From the NCBI RefSeq assembly GCF_001642725.1, contig NZ_LSUQ01000007.1, forward strand, positions 62,001 to 100,190: DNA of 38,190 bases, read 5' to 3'. The stretch's first letter is position 1. Each line of letters begins with the position of its first letter. Made by a program: the position numbers and the translations under genes. Under the pieces are notes generated by a model, which ran no database searches, was not told the DNA's origin, and saw nothing but the letters and a program-made list of their open reading frames with translations. This DNA is from Ferroacidibacillus organovorans. GTDB taxonomy: Bacteria > Bacillota > Bacilli > Alicyclobacillales > SLC66. Below, one piece after another: positions 28,108 to 37,486 of this stretch.

Positions 28108-29160
28108 ATGGACACATTTGAGGTGCTGAGTCAACTCGTCACATTAAGCGGTGGGCCGGGGGATGAGGGGCTCATTGCCGCGCGCTATCAAACCTTGTGC
28201 GAACCATACATACAGGCATTTTACACCGATTCGGTTGGAAACTGCATCGGTGTCGCAAACGGGGAAGGGGCGGCGCGACCGCGCGTCATGCTTGCCGCCC
28301 ACATGGATGAGATCTGTCTCATGGTGCAAGCGATTGAGCCAGGCGGTTTCTTGCGCGTAATTGGCATTGGCGGTTTTGATCCACGCACGCTGCTCGGACA
28401 GGAGGTCACCGTACACGGCACACAAGCGTATAGCGGGATTATCGGCTCAAAGCCGCCACACTTGCAGGCGCCTGAGGAGCGGGAAGAGGCGGTTCCATTA
28501 AAAGATATTTTTCTTGATCTCGGCATGGCAGAAGCGCGTGTGCGCGAAGTCATCTCCCTCGGGGATCGCGTGACACTGCGCCGCGACCCCGTCCGCCTGA
28601 TCAACCAGCGCGTCGCGGCAAAGGCGCTTGACAACCGCGCGAGCGTGACGGCAATGCTGCTCGCACTAAACGAGCTCTCCCACATCCGCCACAACGCAGA
28701 CGTGTACGCAGTGGCGACCATTCAAGAAGAGATCGGATGCAAAGGAGCGCAGACCGCCGCATACGGCATCCTGCCAGATCTCGCGATTGCTCTTGATGTA
28801 TGCCACGGCGAGATGCCGGGCGTCGAGTCGGATCTCGTGCAAAAGGTGGGAGGAGGTCCCGTGATCTCCTTTGGACCCCATCTTCATCCAAAGCTGTTTG
28901 AGCGGCTCAAAACCGTCGCGACCGAGCAGAACATCCCGTATCAGATTGAAGTGACACAGGGCGCGACGTACACGGATGCCGATCCGATCCAGATCGTACA
29001 AGCCGGTATCCCAACCGCGCTCATCTCCATCCCACTGCGCTATATGCACACGTCTGTAGAGACGGCGTCCCTCGATGACATCGCGCGTGTCGGGAGACTT
29101 CTCGCACGGGTCATCGCAAGCCTTGACGCCGCGTTTGTGGAGGGATTGTCATGCTATTAA
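28108..29160 (+). CDS. M42-family metallopeptidase 1
   Basis: AAHMDE, KALDNR, QEEIG, ALDV, LRYMH. Confidence 0.92.
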   Translation: MDTFEVLSQLVTLSGGPGDEGLIAARYQTLCEPYIQAFYTDSVGNCIGVANGEGAARPRVMLAAHMDEICLMVQAIEPGGFLRVIGIGGFDPRTLLGQEVTVHGTQAYSGIIGSKPPHLQAPEEREEAVPLKDIFLDLGMAEARVREVISLGDRVTLRRDPVRLINQRVAAKALDNRASVTAMLLALNELSHIRHNADVYAVATIQEEIGCKGAQTAAYGILPDLAIALDVCHGEMPGVESDLVQKVGGGPVISFGPHLHPKLFERLKTVATEQNIPYQIEVTQGATYTDADPIQIVQAGIPTALISIPLRYMHTSVETASLDDIARVGRLLARVIASLDAAFVEGLSCY

Positions 29161-30176
29161 AAGAACTGACCGAGGCGTTTGGTCCATCCGGTTTTGAAGG
29201 CGAGGTCCGCGATCTGATTCGCCGCGAGGCCACGCCATTTGCCGAACGCATCACGACCGATACCCTCGGGTCGCTGATCGTCGAGAAAAACCTGCAGCAA
29301 AACGGTCCCAAGGTGCTGCTCGCCGCGCATATGGACGAAGTATCCTTTATGATCGTTGGCATAGAGGAAAATGGTCTTCTGCGCTTTCGCCCGATCGGCG
29401 GCGTCGATCCGCGCATTCTCGTGTCAAAAGTCCTGCTTGTGGGATCAAAACGCATCTCTGGCGTAATTGGCGCAAAAGCGATCCATTTGCAAAAGCCTGA
29501 GGAGCGAAAAAAACCGCTCGGGCTCTCCCAACTTTTTATCGATATCGGAGCGAGCACCAAAGCAGAGGCTGAGTCGCATGTCGCAATCGGTGATACGGCG
29601 GTCTTTGCGACACGCTACGAGGAGTATGGGGATCGCCGCGCGAAAGCAAAATCGTTTGACGATCGCGTCGGTTGCGCCATTTTGCTCGAAGCATTAAAAG
29701 AAGACATTAAGCTCCCGCTTGTCGCCGCGTTCACAGTTCAGGAAGAAATCGGCCTGCGCGGCGCAGGGCCTGTTGCGTTTCGCACAAAACCAGATTTTGC
29801 GATCGTTCTTGAAGGCACTGTCTGCTTTGACGTCGTAGACGCGCCTGCGCACGGCGAATCGACGATTCTTGGCGCCGGTCCTGCACTCACGCTCGTTGAC
29901 AGCCGTACGGTTGCGCACAGGCCGTTTCGCGCATATGTAAAACAGGTGGCAGAGGAAAACGGCATTCCTGTCCAGATGCGCCGCGTCAAAGGCGGATCAA
30001 ACGACAATGGCATCATTCATTTAACCGAAGGCGGAATCGTCGCGACATCGATCAGCGTACCGGTTCGCTACATTCACGCGCCTGTCCAAAGTGTTCACCT
30101 CGACGATGTGCAAAACGCGTATCGTCTGCTCATCTCTGTATTGCGCGGGCTTGAAAAGGGAGGATTTCCAGGATGA
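29151..30176 (+). CDS. M42-family metallopeptidase 2
   Basis: AAHMDE, KSFDDR, QEEIGLRGA, VLEGT, VRYIH. Confidence 0.92.
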   Translation: MLLKELTEAFGPSGFEGEVRDLIRREATPFAERITTDTLGSLIVEKNLQQNGPKVLLAAHMDEVSFMIVGIEENGLLRFRPIGGVDPRILVSKVLLVGSKRISGVIGAKAIHLQKPEERKKPLGLSQLFIDIGASTKAEAESHVAIGDTAVFATRYEEYGDRRAKAKSFDDRVGCAILLEALKEDIKLPLVAAFTVQEEIGLRGAGPVAFRTKPDFAIVLEGTVCFDVVDAPAHGESTILGAGPALTLVDSRTVAHRPFRAYVKQVAEENGIPVQMRRVKGGSNDNGIIHLTEGGIVATSISVPVRYIHAPVQSVHLDDVQNAYRLLISVLRGLEKGGFPG

Positions 30177-31171
30177 TGAAGGAGCTATTACAGAAACTGT
30201 ACGATGTTTCGGGTCCGACTGGCGGCGAAGACGCGATGCGCAAACGACTCACAGATCATCTGGGTCCGTCCGTAGATGAATGGTCGGTTGATTCCCTCGG
30301 CAATCTCTATGCGGTCGTTCGTCCAAAAGAGACGTCTCACGGCGTCATTCTCCTGACTGCCCCGATGGACGAGCCAGCGCTTGTCGTCATCGATGATCGC
30401 GAGCGTCCCTATTTGCGCGTGGAGACGTTGGGACGCCTCGCCGCATCCGCGTGGATCGGCCGAACCGTTCAGTGCTCGCGCACCGGCGCGCGCGGGATCA
30501 TTGGTGTCGAGAGTGAGATCAAATCTAGCGATGTGACAGCTCACCATCTCTTTATCGACCTGATTACGGATCGCGATCAACCTGAACTGGGCTACTTTTT
30601 TACGGCTGTCACCCCACTCACTTGGCATGATGAACGGTATGTGTCAGGCCCCGCGCTGACGAGTCGCGTCCCGTGCGCCATCTTGTGTGACATCCTTCTT
30701 CAAGGTGCCACTTCTTATACGATCGTCGGCGTTTTTGCCGCGCAAAGTGAACTCGGCGCGCGCGGTGCGCGTGTGGCAGGGCACTCCGTCAAAGCCGACT
30801 TGGCGCTGACCATCCAGACGACTGAGGCGCTCGACACGCCAAAGGCGGAGCGCGGTACAGTCAAGCTCGGCGGTGGACCCGCCATCAAAGAAGCAGATCG
30901 CGACATGGTCGTCGCGCCACGCGTTCGCGCCGCGCTCACACATACTGCCAAAGCAGCATCCATCGCGTTTCAACTTGAAATCAATCTAACATCGCGCAGT
31001 GACGCGGGCGTGCTATTTTTAAGCCGCGACGGAATGCCAGCAGGCGGAGTCAGCGTTCCTGTTCGCTATCCTAACGCGCAATCTCCGCTGATGGACTGGA
31101 ATGATGTGATTGCGACGCGCGACCTGTTCCTCTCGCTCTTGCATCAACCTGAGTTTTTACAGAATTTCTAA
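30173..31171 (+). CDS. M42-family homologue lacking metal ligands (pseudo-peptidase)
   Basis: Same layout as its neighbours but with TAPMDE, ALTSR, QSELG, IQT and RYPN. Confidence 0.82.
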   Translation: MMKELLQKLYDVSGPTGGEDAMRKRLTDHLGPSVDEWSVDSLGNLYAVVRPKETSHGVILLTAPMDEPALVVIDDRERPYLRVETLGRLAASAWIGRTVQCSRTGARGIIGVESEIKSSDVTAHHLFIDLITDRDQPELGYFFTAVTPLTWHDERYVSGPALTSRVPCAILCDILLQGATSYTIVGVFAAQSELGARGARVAGHSVKADLALTIQTTEALDTPKAERGTVKLGGGPAIKEADRDMVVAPRVRAALTHTAKAASIAFQLEINLTSRSDAGVLFLSRDGMPAGGVSVPVRYPNAQSPLMDWNDVIATRDLFLSLLHQPEFLQNF

Positions 31172-31218
31172 GTGAGCGGTCAAAAAGCATGCGTGTTTAC
31201 ACGCAAGGGGAGAAGAGA

Positions 31219-32394
31219 ATGCTTCGCTATCTAACTTCAGGCGAGAGCCACGGTCCAGCGCTTGTTGCCATCATCGAGGGGCTTCCGGCAAACCTGCCGC
31301 TACAAGAGGCGGCGATCAACCACCAACTCTGGCGCCGCCAACAGGGACACGGTAGAGGGTATCGCATGAAAATTGAGACGGATCAGATCGAATTTCTATC
31401 TGGTGTCCGCTTTTCAAAGACGATGGGAAGCCCCGTGGCGCTCGCCGTTCATAATAAGGATCACAAAAACTGGCTCTCGCGCATGGCTCCTACTGGCGAT
31501 GCGCCCGACGATTTGGCGCGCGTGTCAAAACCGCGTCCAGGTCACGCTGATCTTCCGGGCGCGCTGAAGTACGAGTTTGACGATATGCGCAACAGCCTAG
31601 AGCGGGCAAGCGCACGCAACACGGCAACGCTTGTCGCAGTCGGCGCGATTGCGCGTCAACTGCTCGACGTATTCTCGATTTCACTTTGCTCGCATATCGT
31701 ACAGATCGGACCAGTCAAGGTGGATCGCGACAAAATCTCCGCGCTCTCCTTTGAGGAATTGTCGGCGCGCGCCGAGTCATCCTCGGTTCGCTGCGCAGAC
31801 CCGGATGCGGAGGCAAAGATGATTCGCGTTATCGATCAAGCAAAAGAAGACGGAAACACGGTAGGTGGGGTCTTTGAGGTCATCGTGACAGGCGTGCCTG
31901 TAGGACTCGGAAGCTATGTCATGCCGGATCGTCGTCTTGACGCCCGATTGGCAGGTGCGATGATGGGCATTCAAGCCATTAAAGGCGTCGAAATCGGACT
32001 CGGCTTTGAAGCGGCAACGCTCCCCGGCTCGCTCGTGCACGACGCCCTTTTCCACGATCCAGCGCGCGGTGTCTATCGACAAACGAATGGGGCAGGCGGG
32101 ATCGAAGGGGGCATCAGCAACGGCGAACCAATCGTGGTCCGCGCGGCGATGAAACCCATCCCGACACTCTATAAACCCTTACCGAGTTTTGACTTGGAGA
32201 CAAAAGAGGCATACCTCGCGGCCATTGAGCGCTCCGACGCGTGCGCCGCGCCTGCGGCAGCCGTGATCGGTGAAAATGTCGCAGCGTACGTCTTGGCTGA
32301 GGCATTCTGCGAAAAGTTTGGCGGCGACTCGATTGAAGAAATGAAGCGAAATTTCGCGAGTTATCAAGCGCGTGTCGCAGAGCGATTACGATGA
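31219..32394 (+). CDS. aroC: Chorismate synthase
   Basis: MLRYLTSGESHG, PRPGHAD, ERASAR, GIEGGISNG, AMKPIPTL, ERSD. Confidence 0.97.
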   Translation: MLRYLTSGESHGPALVAIIEGLPANLPLQEAAINHQLWRRQQGHGRGYRMKIETDQIEFLSGVRFSKTMGSPVALAVHNKDHKNWLSRMAPTGDAPDDLARVSKPRPGHADLPGALKYEFDDMRNSLERASARNTATLVAVGAIARQLLDVFSISLCSHIVQIGPVKVDRDKISALSFEELSARAESSSVRCADPDAEAKMIRVIDQAKEDGNTVGGVFEVIVTGVPVGLGSYVMPDRRLDARLAGAMMGIQAIKGVEIGLGFEAATLPGSLVHDALFHDPARGVYRQTNGAGGIEGGISNGEPIVVRAAMKPIPTLYKPLPSFDLETKEAYLAAIERSDACAAPAAAVIGENVAAYVLAEAFCEKFGGDSIEEMKRNFASYQARVAERLR

Positions 32395-33494
32395 GCGCAC
32401 ATCATACACTTTACGTTCAGTCGACAGGTGGAGACTATGAGGTGCACATCGGACGACAACTCCTCGCAGAGGTCGGGAAGAGGGTTCAGGCCGTTTGCAA
32501 AGACGTCACATCTGCACTTCTTGTCGTGGATGAATCCCTGCTCGCGTTTAGCTACGCCGACACGGTCGAGGCGTCTCTCAAAGCGAGCGGGATGCCAACC
32601 GTTCGCACGGTCGTTGCGCGTGGTGAAGCGTCAAAATCACTCGCTACCGCAGATACACTCTATACGCGCTGTGTTGAGGCTGGACTTGACCGCAAATCGG
32701 TAGTTTTGGCGCTCGGCGGCGGCGTCGTCGGCGATCTCGCTGGATTTGTCGCGGCAACCTACATGCGTGGCGTGCGCTTCGTTCAAATTCCAACAACGCT
32801 CCTCGCGCACGACGCAAGCATCGGCGGCAAAGTCGCCATCAACCTCCCGCAGGGGAAAAACCTCGTCGGCGCGTTTCATCCGCCATGCATCGTGCTCTAT
32901 GACGTCGAGACGCTGCGCACACTTCCTGCGCGAGAACGCAGCAGCGGATTGGCTGAGGCGATCAAACACGGTGTCATTTGGAGCGAATCTTTTTTTTCCT
33001 GGCTTGAAGAACACATGGACAGCTTGGTGGATGGTGATCTCGATGCGACAGAGGAGATGCTCTTTACTTCATGCGCGATCAAAGCAGAGATTGTCAGCAA
33101 AGATGAAACAGAGCAGGGGGTACGGGCGTTCCTGAATTTTGGACACACCGTCGCACACGCGATCGAGGCACTCGCGTACGGTCAATTCGCTCACGGAGAA
33201 GCGGTCGCCATCGGCATGATGACCGAGTGTTTGATCAGCGTGTCACTTGGTCGCTGTGATGAGGCAGTCTTGCACCGCCTGCACACGCTCCTAAAAGCGG
33301 CGCATCTTCCACAACATATTCCACCCTCCTTTGACGTGGACGCACTGATTGCCGCGATGCGCCGCGATAAGAAGGCGACAAAGCAGCAACTCGCGTTTGT
33401 CTTGCCCACGCGAATCGGGAATGTAGAGCTTTACCCCGATGTGGAGGAGACGCGTGTCGCAACTGCTTTACGCGCGCGTCGCTTGACGCAGTGA
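32391..33494 (+). CDS. aroB: 3-dehydroquinate synthase
   Basis: GGGVVGDLAGF, PTTLLA, GKNLVGAF, LNFGHT, HGEAVAIG, DKK. Confidence 0.97.
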   Translation: MSAHHTLYVQSTGGDYEVHIGRQLLAEVGKRVQAVCKDVTSALLVVDESLLAFSYADTVEASLKASGMPTVRTVVARGEASKSLATADTLYTRCVEAGLDRKSVVLALGGGVVGDLAGFVAATYMRGVRFVQIPTTLLAHDASIGGKVAINLPQGKNLVGAFHPPCIVLYDVETLRTLPARERSSGLAEAIKHGVIWSESFFSWLEEHMDSLVDGDLDATEEMLFTSCAIKAEIVSKDETEQGVRAFLNFGHTVAHAIEALAYGQFAHGEAVAIGMMTECLISVSLGRCDEAVLHRLHTLLKAAHLPQHIPPSFDVDALIAAMRRDKKATKQQLAFVLPTRIGNVELYPDVEETRVATALRARRLTQ

Positions 33495-33574
33495 CAAGAC
33501 AAGTGGAAATGGTGGACTTTCTCCTAAAGTTCGTTAAGGCATAAACCGTTCATGAAGACTCCATTTTCGATTCA

Positions 33575-33603
33575 TTGACCGATCCCGCTTTGCGTAGTAG
33601 GAT
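33575..33603 (+). promoter_or_regulatory. sigma-A promoter of the trp operon
   Basis: TTGACC-N17-TAGGAT. Confidence 0.75.
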
Positions 33604-33609
33604 ACAAAG

Positions 33610-33800
33610 AGAAGCGCACTCGTGATGCGCTGTCTGGGAGCAGACAGCGATCCGCGCGAAGACAGTCGATTTCAAGGTACCCTTGAATTTGTGAGCTGAG
33701 TTGAGCCTAGTCGAGATCCTGTGTTATTTGCCTATGGATATGTGATTGACTAGAGGATATGCGTTCACAAAGGACGGGGGGAAACCCACGTTCTTTTTTC
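33610..33800 (+). promoter_or_regulatory. trp leader: TRAP-dependent transcription attenuator
   Basis: GAG-ct-GAG-tt-GAG-cc-TAG-tc-GAG (33693-33715); antiterminator pairings 33688-33696 with 33763-33771 and 33707-33714 with 33746-33753; overlapping terminator; mtrB is present in the window. Confidence 0.78.
33769..33799 (+). terminator. Attenuator terminator upstream of trpD
   Basis: AGGACG-g-GGG-gaaa-CCC-a-CGTTCT followed by a T run, about 30 nt before the trpD start. Confidence 0.8.
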
Positions 33801-33830
33801 TTTGCATTTTTTAGAAAGGTGGTTGTACGT

Positions 33831-34859
33831 GTGAAAAATCTCCTCCTCCATTTGGCAAATGGGCAGAATTTAACCTTGGAAGAAGCGCGCACCGCGATGA
33901 ATCACATCATGCGCGGGGAGGGAACTCACGCACAGATGGCCGCATACCTGACGCTGCTTAAGCAACAGGGGGAGACGGTCACCGAGCTTACTGGCAGTGC
34001 GCTCGCAATGCGCGAACACGCGCTTGAAGTCATTTTAGAAGAGCGTGAAACGCTTGACATGTGTGGAACAGGCGGTGATCACTCCGGCACGTTTAATATC
34101 TCGACGGCCGCTTCGTTCATACTCGCCGCAGACGGCGTCCCTGTAGCTAAACACGGAAATCGCGCCTCATCCAGTCAGACCGGCAGTGCGGATGTTCTAG
34201 AGGCGCTTGGCATCAACATATCACTCGAACCTTCTGCGGCGCTAGAATCCCTGCGTCAGCACAATTTTTGTTTTCTCTTTGCACAAGCGTATCACCCAGC
34301 CATGAAACACGTCGCACCCGTCCGGCGCGACCTCGGATTTCGCACCATGTTCAACATCCTAGGGCCGCTCACAAACCCGGCACATCCAGCGTATCAGGTT
34401 CTCGGCACGCCCGATGACGCGATTGCCGAAAAAATGGCACATACGCTGCTAAACCTCGGTGTCAAACGAGCATTCGTGATTCACGCGGCAGATGGACTTG
34501 ACGAATTCTCTATTTCTGCGCCTACACGCGTATTTGACGTGCATTCGAGTCGTGTGACATCCTACGATGTCTCACCGTCTGATTTTGGTTTAACAACAGC
34601 GCCGCGTGAAGCGATCTTAGGCGGAGACGCGATTAAAAATGCGGGAATCGTTCGCACCATTTTTGAAGGAGAAAAGGGCGCCCGCCGCGATGTGGTCGTC
34701 ATGAATGCGGCAGCCGGGTTTCTCGTCATGGGGCGTGTAAAAACATTTGCAGAAGGCGCCCGCCGCGCCGAAGCGATCCTTGACGAAGGTCGGGCGCTGC
34801 AAAAACTGATCGACCTACAGAATCACGGCACATCCGCGCCGAAGGAGACTGCGTCATGA
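33831..34859 (+). CDS. trpD: Anthranilate phosphoribosyltransferase
   Basis: GTGGD..GTFNIST, KHGNR, GSAD.LE, FN.LGPLTNP, DGLDE; GTG start after AAAGGTGG. Confidence 0.96.
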   Translation: MKNLLLHLANGQNLTLEEARTAMNHIMRGEGTHAQMAAYLTLLKQQGETVTELTGSALAMREHALEVILEERETLDMCGTGGDHSGTFNISTAASFILAADGVPVAKHGNRASSSQTGSADVLEALGINISLEPSAALESLRQHNFCFLFAQAYHPAMKHVAPVRRDLGFRTMFNILGPLTNPAHPAYQVLGTPDDAIAEKMAHTLLNLGVKRAFVIHAADGLDEFSISAPTRVFDVHSSRVTSYDVSPSDFGLTTAPREAILGGDAIKNAGIVRTIFEGEKGARRDVVVMNAAAGFLVMGRVKTFAEGARRAEAILDEGRALQKLIDLQNHGTSAPKETAS

Positions 34860-35647
34860 CCATCCTTGATCGCATCCTTGCCACCAAAAAAGAAGAAGTC
34901 GAAGCGCTCAACCGTGATGCCACACTCGAAGAGTGGAAGGATCGCGCGCAACAGGGAGAGCCTGTGCGGGGGTTTTTGGCTGCACTTGAGCGAAACGCGC
35001 CGAACAGCCTCATCGCGGAGATCAAAAAAGCATCTCCCTCCAAAGGTGTGATCGTGCATTCATTTGACCCGGCGCAGATCGCGCAAACGTACGAGCAGGC
35101 GAATGCCGCGGCACTCTCCGTTCTGACAGACAGGACGTATTTTCAAGGAAGTATCGAGGCCCTTCAAAGGGCGCGGCAGTCCGTGGCTCTTCCAGTGCTC
35201 CGCAAAGATTTCATAATCGATCCGCTGCAGGTTTATGAGGCGCGCGCGATCGGCGCTGATGCGATTCTGCTCATCGTCGCGGCGCTTCCTGACGAGCGAC
35301 TGTTTCAGCTCTACGAATTGGCGCGCATGCTCACCATGGATGTCTTGATTGAAGTGCACAACGCAGAAGAAGTACAGCGAATCATGTCGCTCAAGCCGGC
35401 GCTGATCGGCGTGAACCATCGCAATTTACACACATTTGAAGTCGATCTCAGCTTGACAGCGCAAATTGCGCCACTCCTGCCTAAAAGTGTTTTACTCGTG
35501 GCAGAAAGCGGCATTCAAACGCACGCGCAGGTAGAAACATTAAAGCAGGCGGGTGCGCGCGCATTTTTAATTGGTGAGACGCTTATGCGCGCAGGTGTTG
35601 AACATGTTTCAGAGCAAATTGATGATATGTTTATACGCGCGCGATGA
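34856..35647 (+). CDS. trpC: Indole-3-glycerol phosphate synthase
   Basis: IAEIKKASPSKG, SVLTD..YFQGS, LRKDFI, GADAILLI, AESGI. Confidence 0.97.
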   Translation: MTILDRILATKKEEVEALNRDATLEEWKDRAQQGEPVRGFLAALERNAPNSLIAEIKKASPSKGVIVHSFDPAQIAQTYEQANAAALSVLTDRTYFQGSIEALQRARQSVALPVLRKDFIIDPLQVYEARAIGADAILLIVAALPDERLFQLYELARMLTMDVLIEVHNAEEVQRIMSLKPALIGVNHRNLHTFEVDLSLTAQIAPLLPKSVLLVAESGIQTHAQVETLKQAGARAFLIGETLMRAGVEHVSEQIDDMFIRAR

Positions 35648-36291
35648 CCTACGTAAAGCTGTGTGGACTCATGTGCGAAGAAGAAGTCGCAGTGGCTGAC
35701 GCCCTGCGAGCAGACTACATCGGATTTGTTCTTGCAAAAAGTCGTCGTCGCGTTGCTGTCGCAGATGTGGTAGAGTGGCTCAAACACGTCAGTCCAATGC
35801 ATAGTAAACCGGTCTTTGTCACCGTCAATCCCACGCTTGACTCTCTTTTGCGCCTCCATGAGGAGACAGGAATCAACCGTGTTCAATTGAGCGGTGAAGA
35901 GACGAAGGCGTTTTGCCAGGAAGCGCGAAAGCAAGGCTTGATCGTCTGGAAGGCGATAGGTATCGCCAATGAAAGCGACGTCGAGCGCATTGGCGATTAT
36001 CGCGACGTGGTGGACGCCTTGCTGGTTGACACGAAGCGCGCAGGTGCACACGGAGGTACAGGTGAAACGTTTCCCTGGTCGCTCATTCCCGCATGCCTGG
36101 AACAGGCACAGGGTACCCCCCTTCTTGTCGCGGGGGGCTTGACCCCGACACGCGTCGCCGACTTGCTCGCAGACTACCGCGTACAAGGCGTCGACGTCTC
36201 GTCAGGCATTGAAACAAACGGCAGAAAAGACACGGAAAAGATGCGTGCATTTGTTCATGAAGTAAGGAGGCGTGACCTTGTATCCGGATGA
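35644..36291 (+). CDS. trpF: Phosphoribosylanthranilate isomerase
   Basis: [28 protein letters not shown]. Confidence 0.95.
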   Translation: MTYVKLCGLMCEEEVAVADALRADYIGFVLAKSRRRVAVADVVEWLKHVSPMHSKPVFVTVNPTLDSLLRLHEETGINRVQLSGEETKAFCQEARKQGLIVWKAIGIANESDVERIGDYRDVVDALLVDTKRAGAHGGTGETFPWSLIPACLEQAQGTPLLVAGGLTPTRVADLLADYRVQGVDVSSGIETNGRKDTEKMRAFVHEVRRRDLVSG

Positions 36292-37486
36292 GCGAGGACG
36301 GTTTGGCGAGTTTGGTGGGAAATACGTCCCAGAAACTCTCATGTCAGCACTGGAACAACTTGAGAGAGATTTTGCACATTATTCGAGCGACCCCCAGTTT
36401 CAAGTTGAATTGTCCGATCTGCTCGCCAATTACGCGGGACGTCCCACCCCTTTGTATGAGGCAAAGGGGCTGACAAAAATCGCGGGGGGCGCGCGGATTT
36501 ATTTAAAGCGCGAAGATCTGAACCACACAGGCGCTCACAAGATCAACAACACCCTGGGGCAAGGATTGCTCGCAAAAAAAACGGGAAAAAAGCGAATCAT
36601 TGCAGAAACCGGCGCTGGACAGCATGGTGTTGCGTCCGCCACGGTCGCGGCACTGCTAGGACTTGAGTGCACTGTGTTCATGGGTGAAGAAGATATGCAG
36701 CGACAAGCGCTCAACGTGTTTCGGATGAAACTCCTTGGCGCAACCGTCGTACCTGCCGTGTCTGGCACAAAAACATTGAAAGACGCGACCAACGAGGCGA
36801 TCAGACACTGGGTATCCCACGTGGAAGACACGTACTACATCATTGGTTCGGTTGTCGGACCGCATCCCTATCCGATGATGGTGCGCGATTTTCAACGGAT
36901 CATTGGGGATGAGACAAAGGCGCAGACGCTCGCACTGCACGGTCGTCTTCCTGACGCGATTGTAGCCTGCGTCGGGGGTGGCAGTAATGCGATGGGCATT
37001 TTTTATCCTTTTCTTGAAGATGGCGGTGTCGAACTGATCGGAACGGAAGCGGCAGGCGAGGGTGTCGACACGGAGCGTCACGCGGCGTCGATTCACGGGG
37101 GGCGCAAAGGCGTCCTGCACGGGTCGATGACCCTTTTGCTGCAAGACGAACTAGGCCAGGTGCTGCCAGCTCACTCCATCTCTGCGGGTCTTGACTACCC
37201 AGGGATCGGCCCTGAGCACGCTCATCTCTTCGCGTCGGGGCGCGCCTCGTACGTTCCTGTCACGGATGCAGAGGCGCTTTATGCGTTCGTGCAACTCAGC
37301 CGCGTCGAGGGGATCATTCCGGCGCTTGAATCGGCGCACGCCGTCGCCTATGCGATGAAAAAGGCGGCAACGATGCGGCCAGATGAGTTGCTTGTCGTCA
37401 ATCTGTCAGGGCGCGGTGACAAGGATGTGCAAACGCTGCAACCGATTTTAGAGGAGGGGCACTACCTTGACAAAACGTGGACATGA
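36278..37486 (+). CDS. trpB: Tryptophan synthase beta chain (TTG 36278 fits the RBS better than GTG 36272)
   Basis: [21 protein letters not shown] (PLP-Lys), [24 protein letters not shown]. Confidence 0.98.
   Translation: MYPDERGRFGEFGGKYVPETLMSALEQLERDFAHYSSDPQFQVELSDLLANYAGRPTPLYEAKGLTKIAGGARIYLKREDLNHTGAHKINNTLGQGLLAKKTGKKRIIAETGAGQHGVASATVAALLGLECTVFMGEEDMQRQALNVFRMKLLGATVVPAVSGTKTLKDATNEAIRHWVSHVEDTYYIIGSVVGPHPYPMMVRDFQRIIGDETKAQTLALHGRLPDAIVACVGGGSNAMGIFYPFLEDGGVELIGTEAAGEGVDTERHAASIHGGRKGVLHGSMTLLLQDELGQVLPAHSISAGLDYPGIGPEHAHLFASGRASYVPVTDAEALYAFVQLSRVEGIIPALESAHAVAYAMKKAATMRPDELLVVNLSGRGDKDVQTLQPILEEGHYLDKTWT

Noticed and set aside
31200..31218. TRAP site at the aroC start (AAG-gg-GAG-aa-GAG)
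   Set aside because: Only three triplets, explained by a purine-rich Shine-Dalgarno.
33610..33800. T-box riboswitch or Trp-rich leader peptide in the trp leader
   Set aside because: No T-box UGGNACC bulge and no short ORF with tandem Trp codons; TRAP repeats plus mtrB explain the leader better.
33759..33830. N-terminal extension of TrpD in the ORF track
   Set aside because: It runs through the attenuator terminator; GTG 33831 has the RBS and matches TrpD N-termini.
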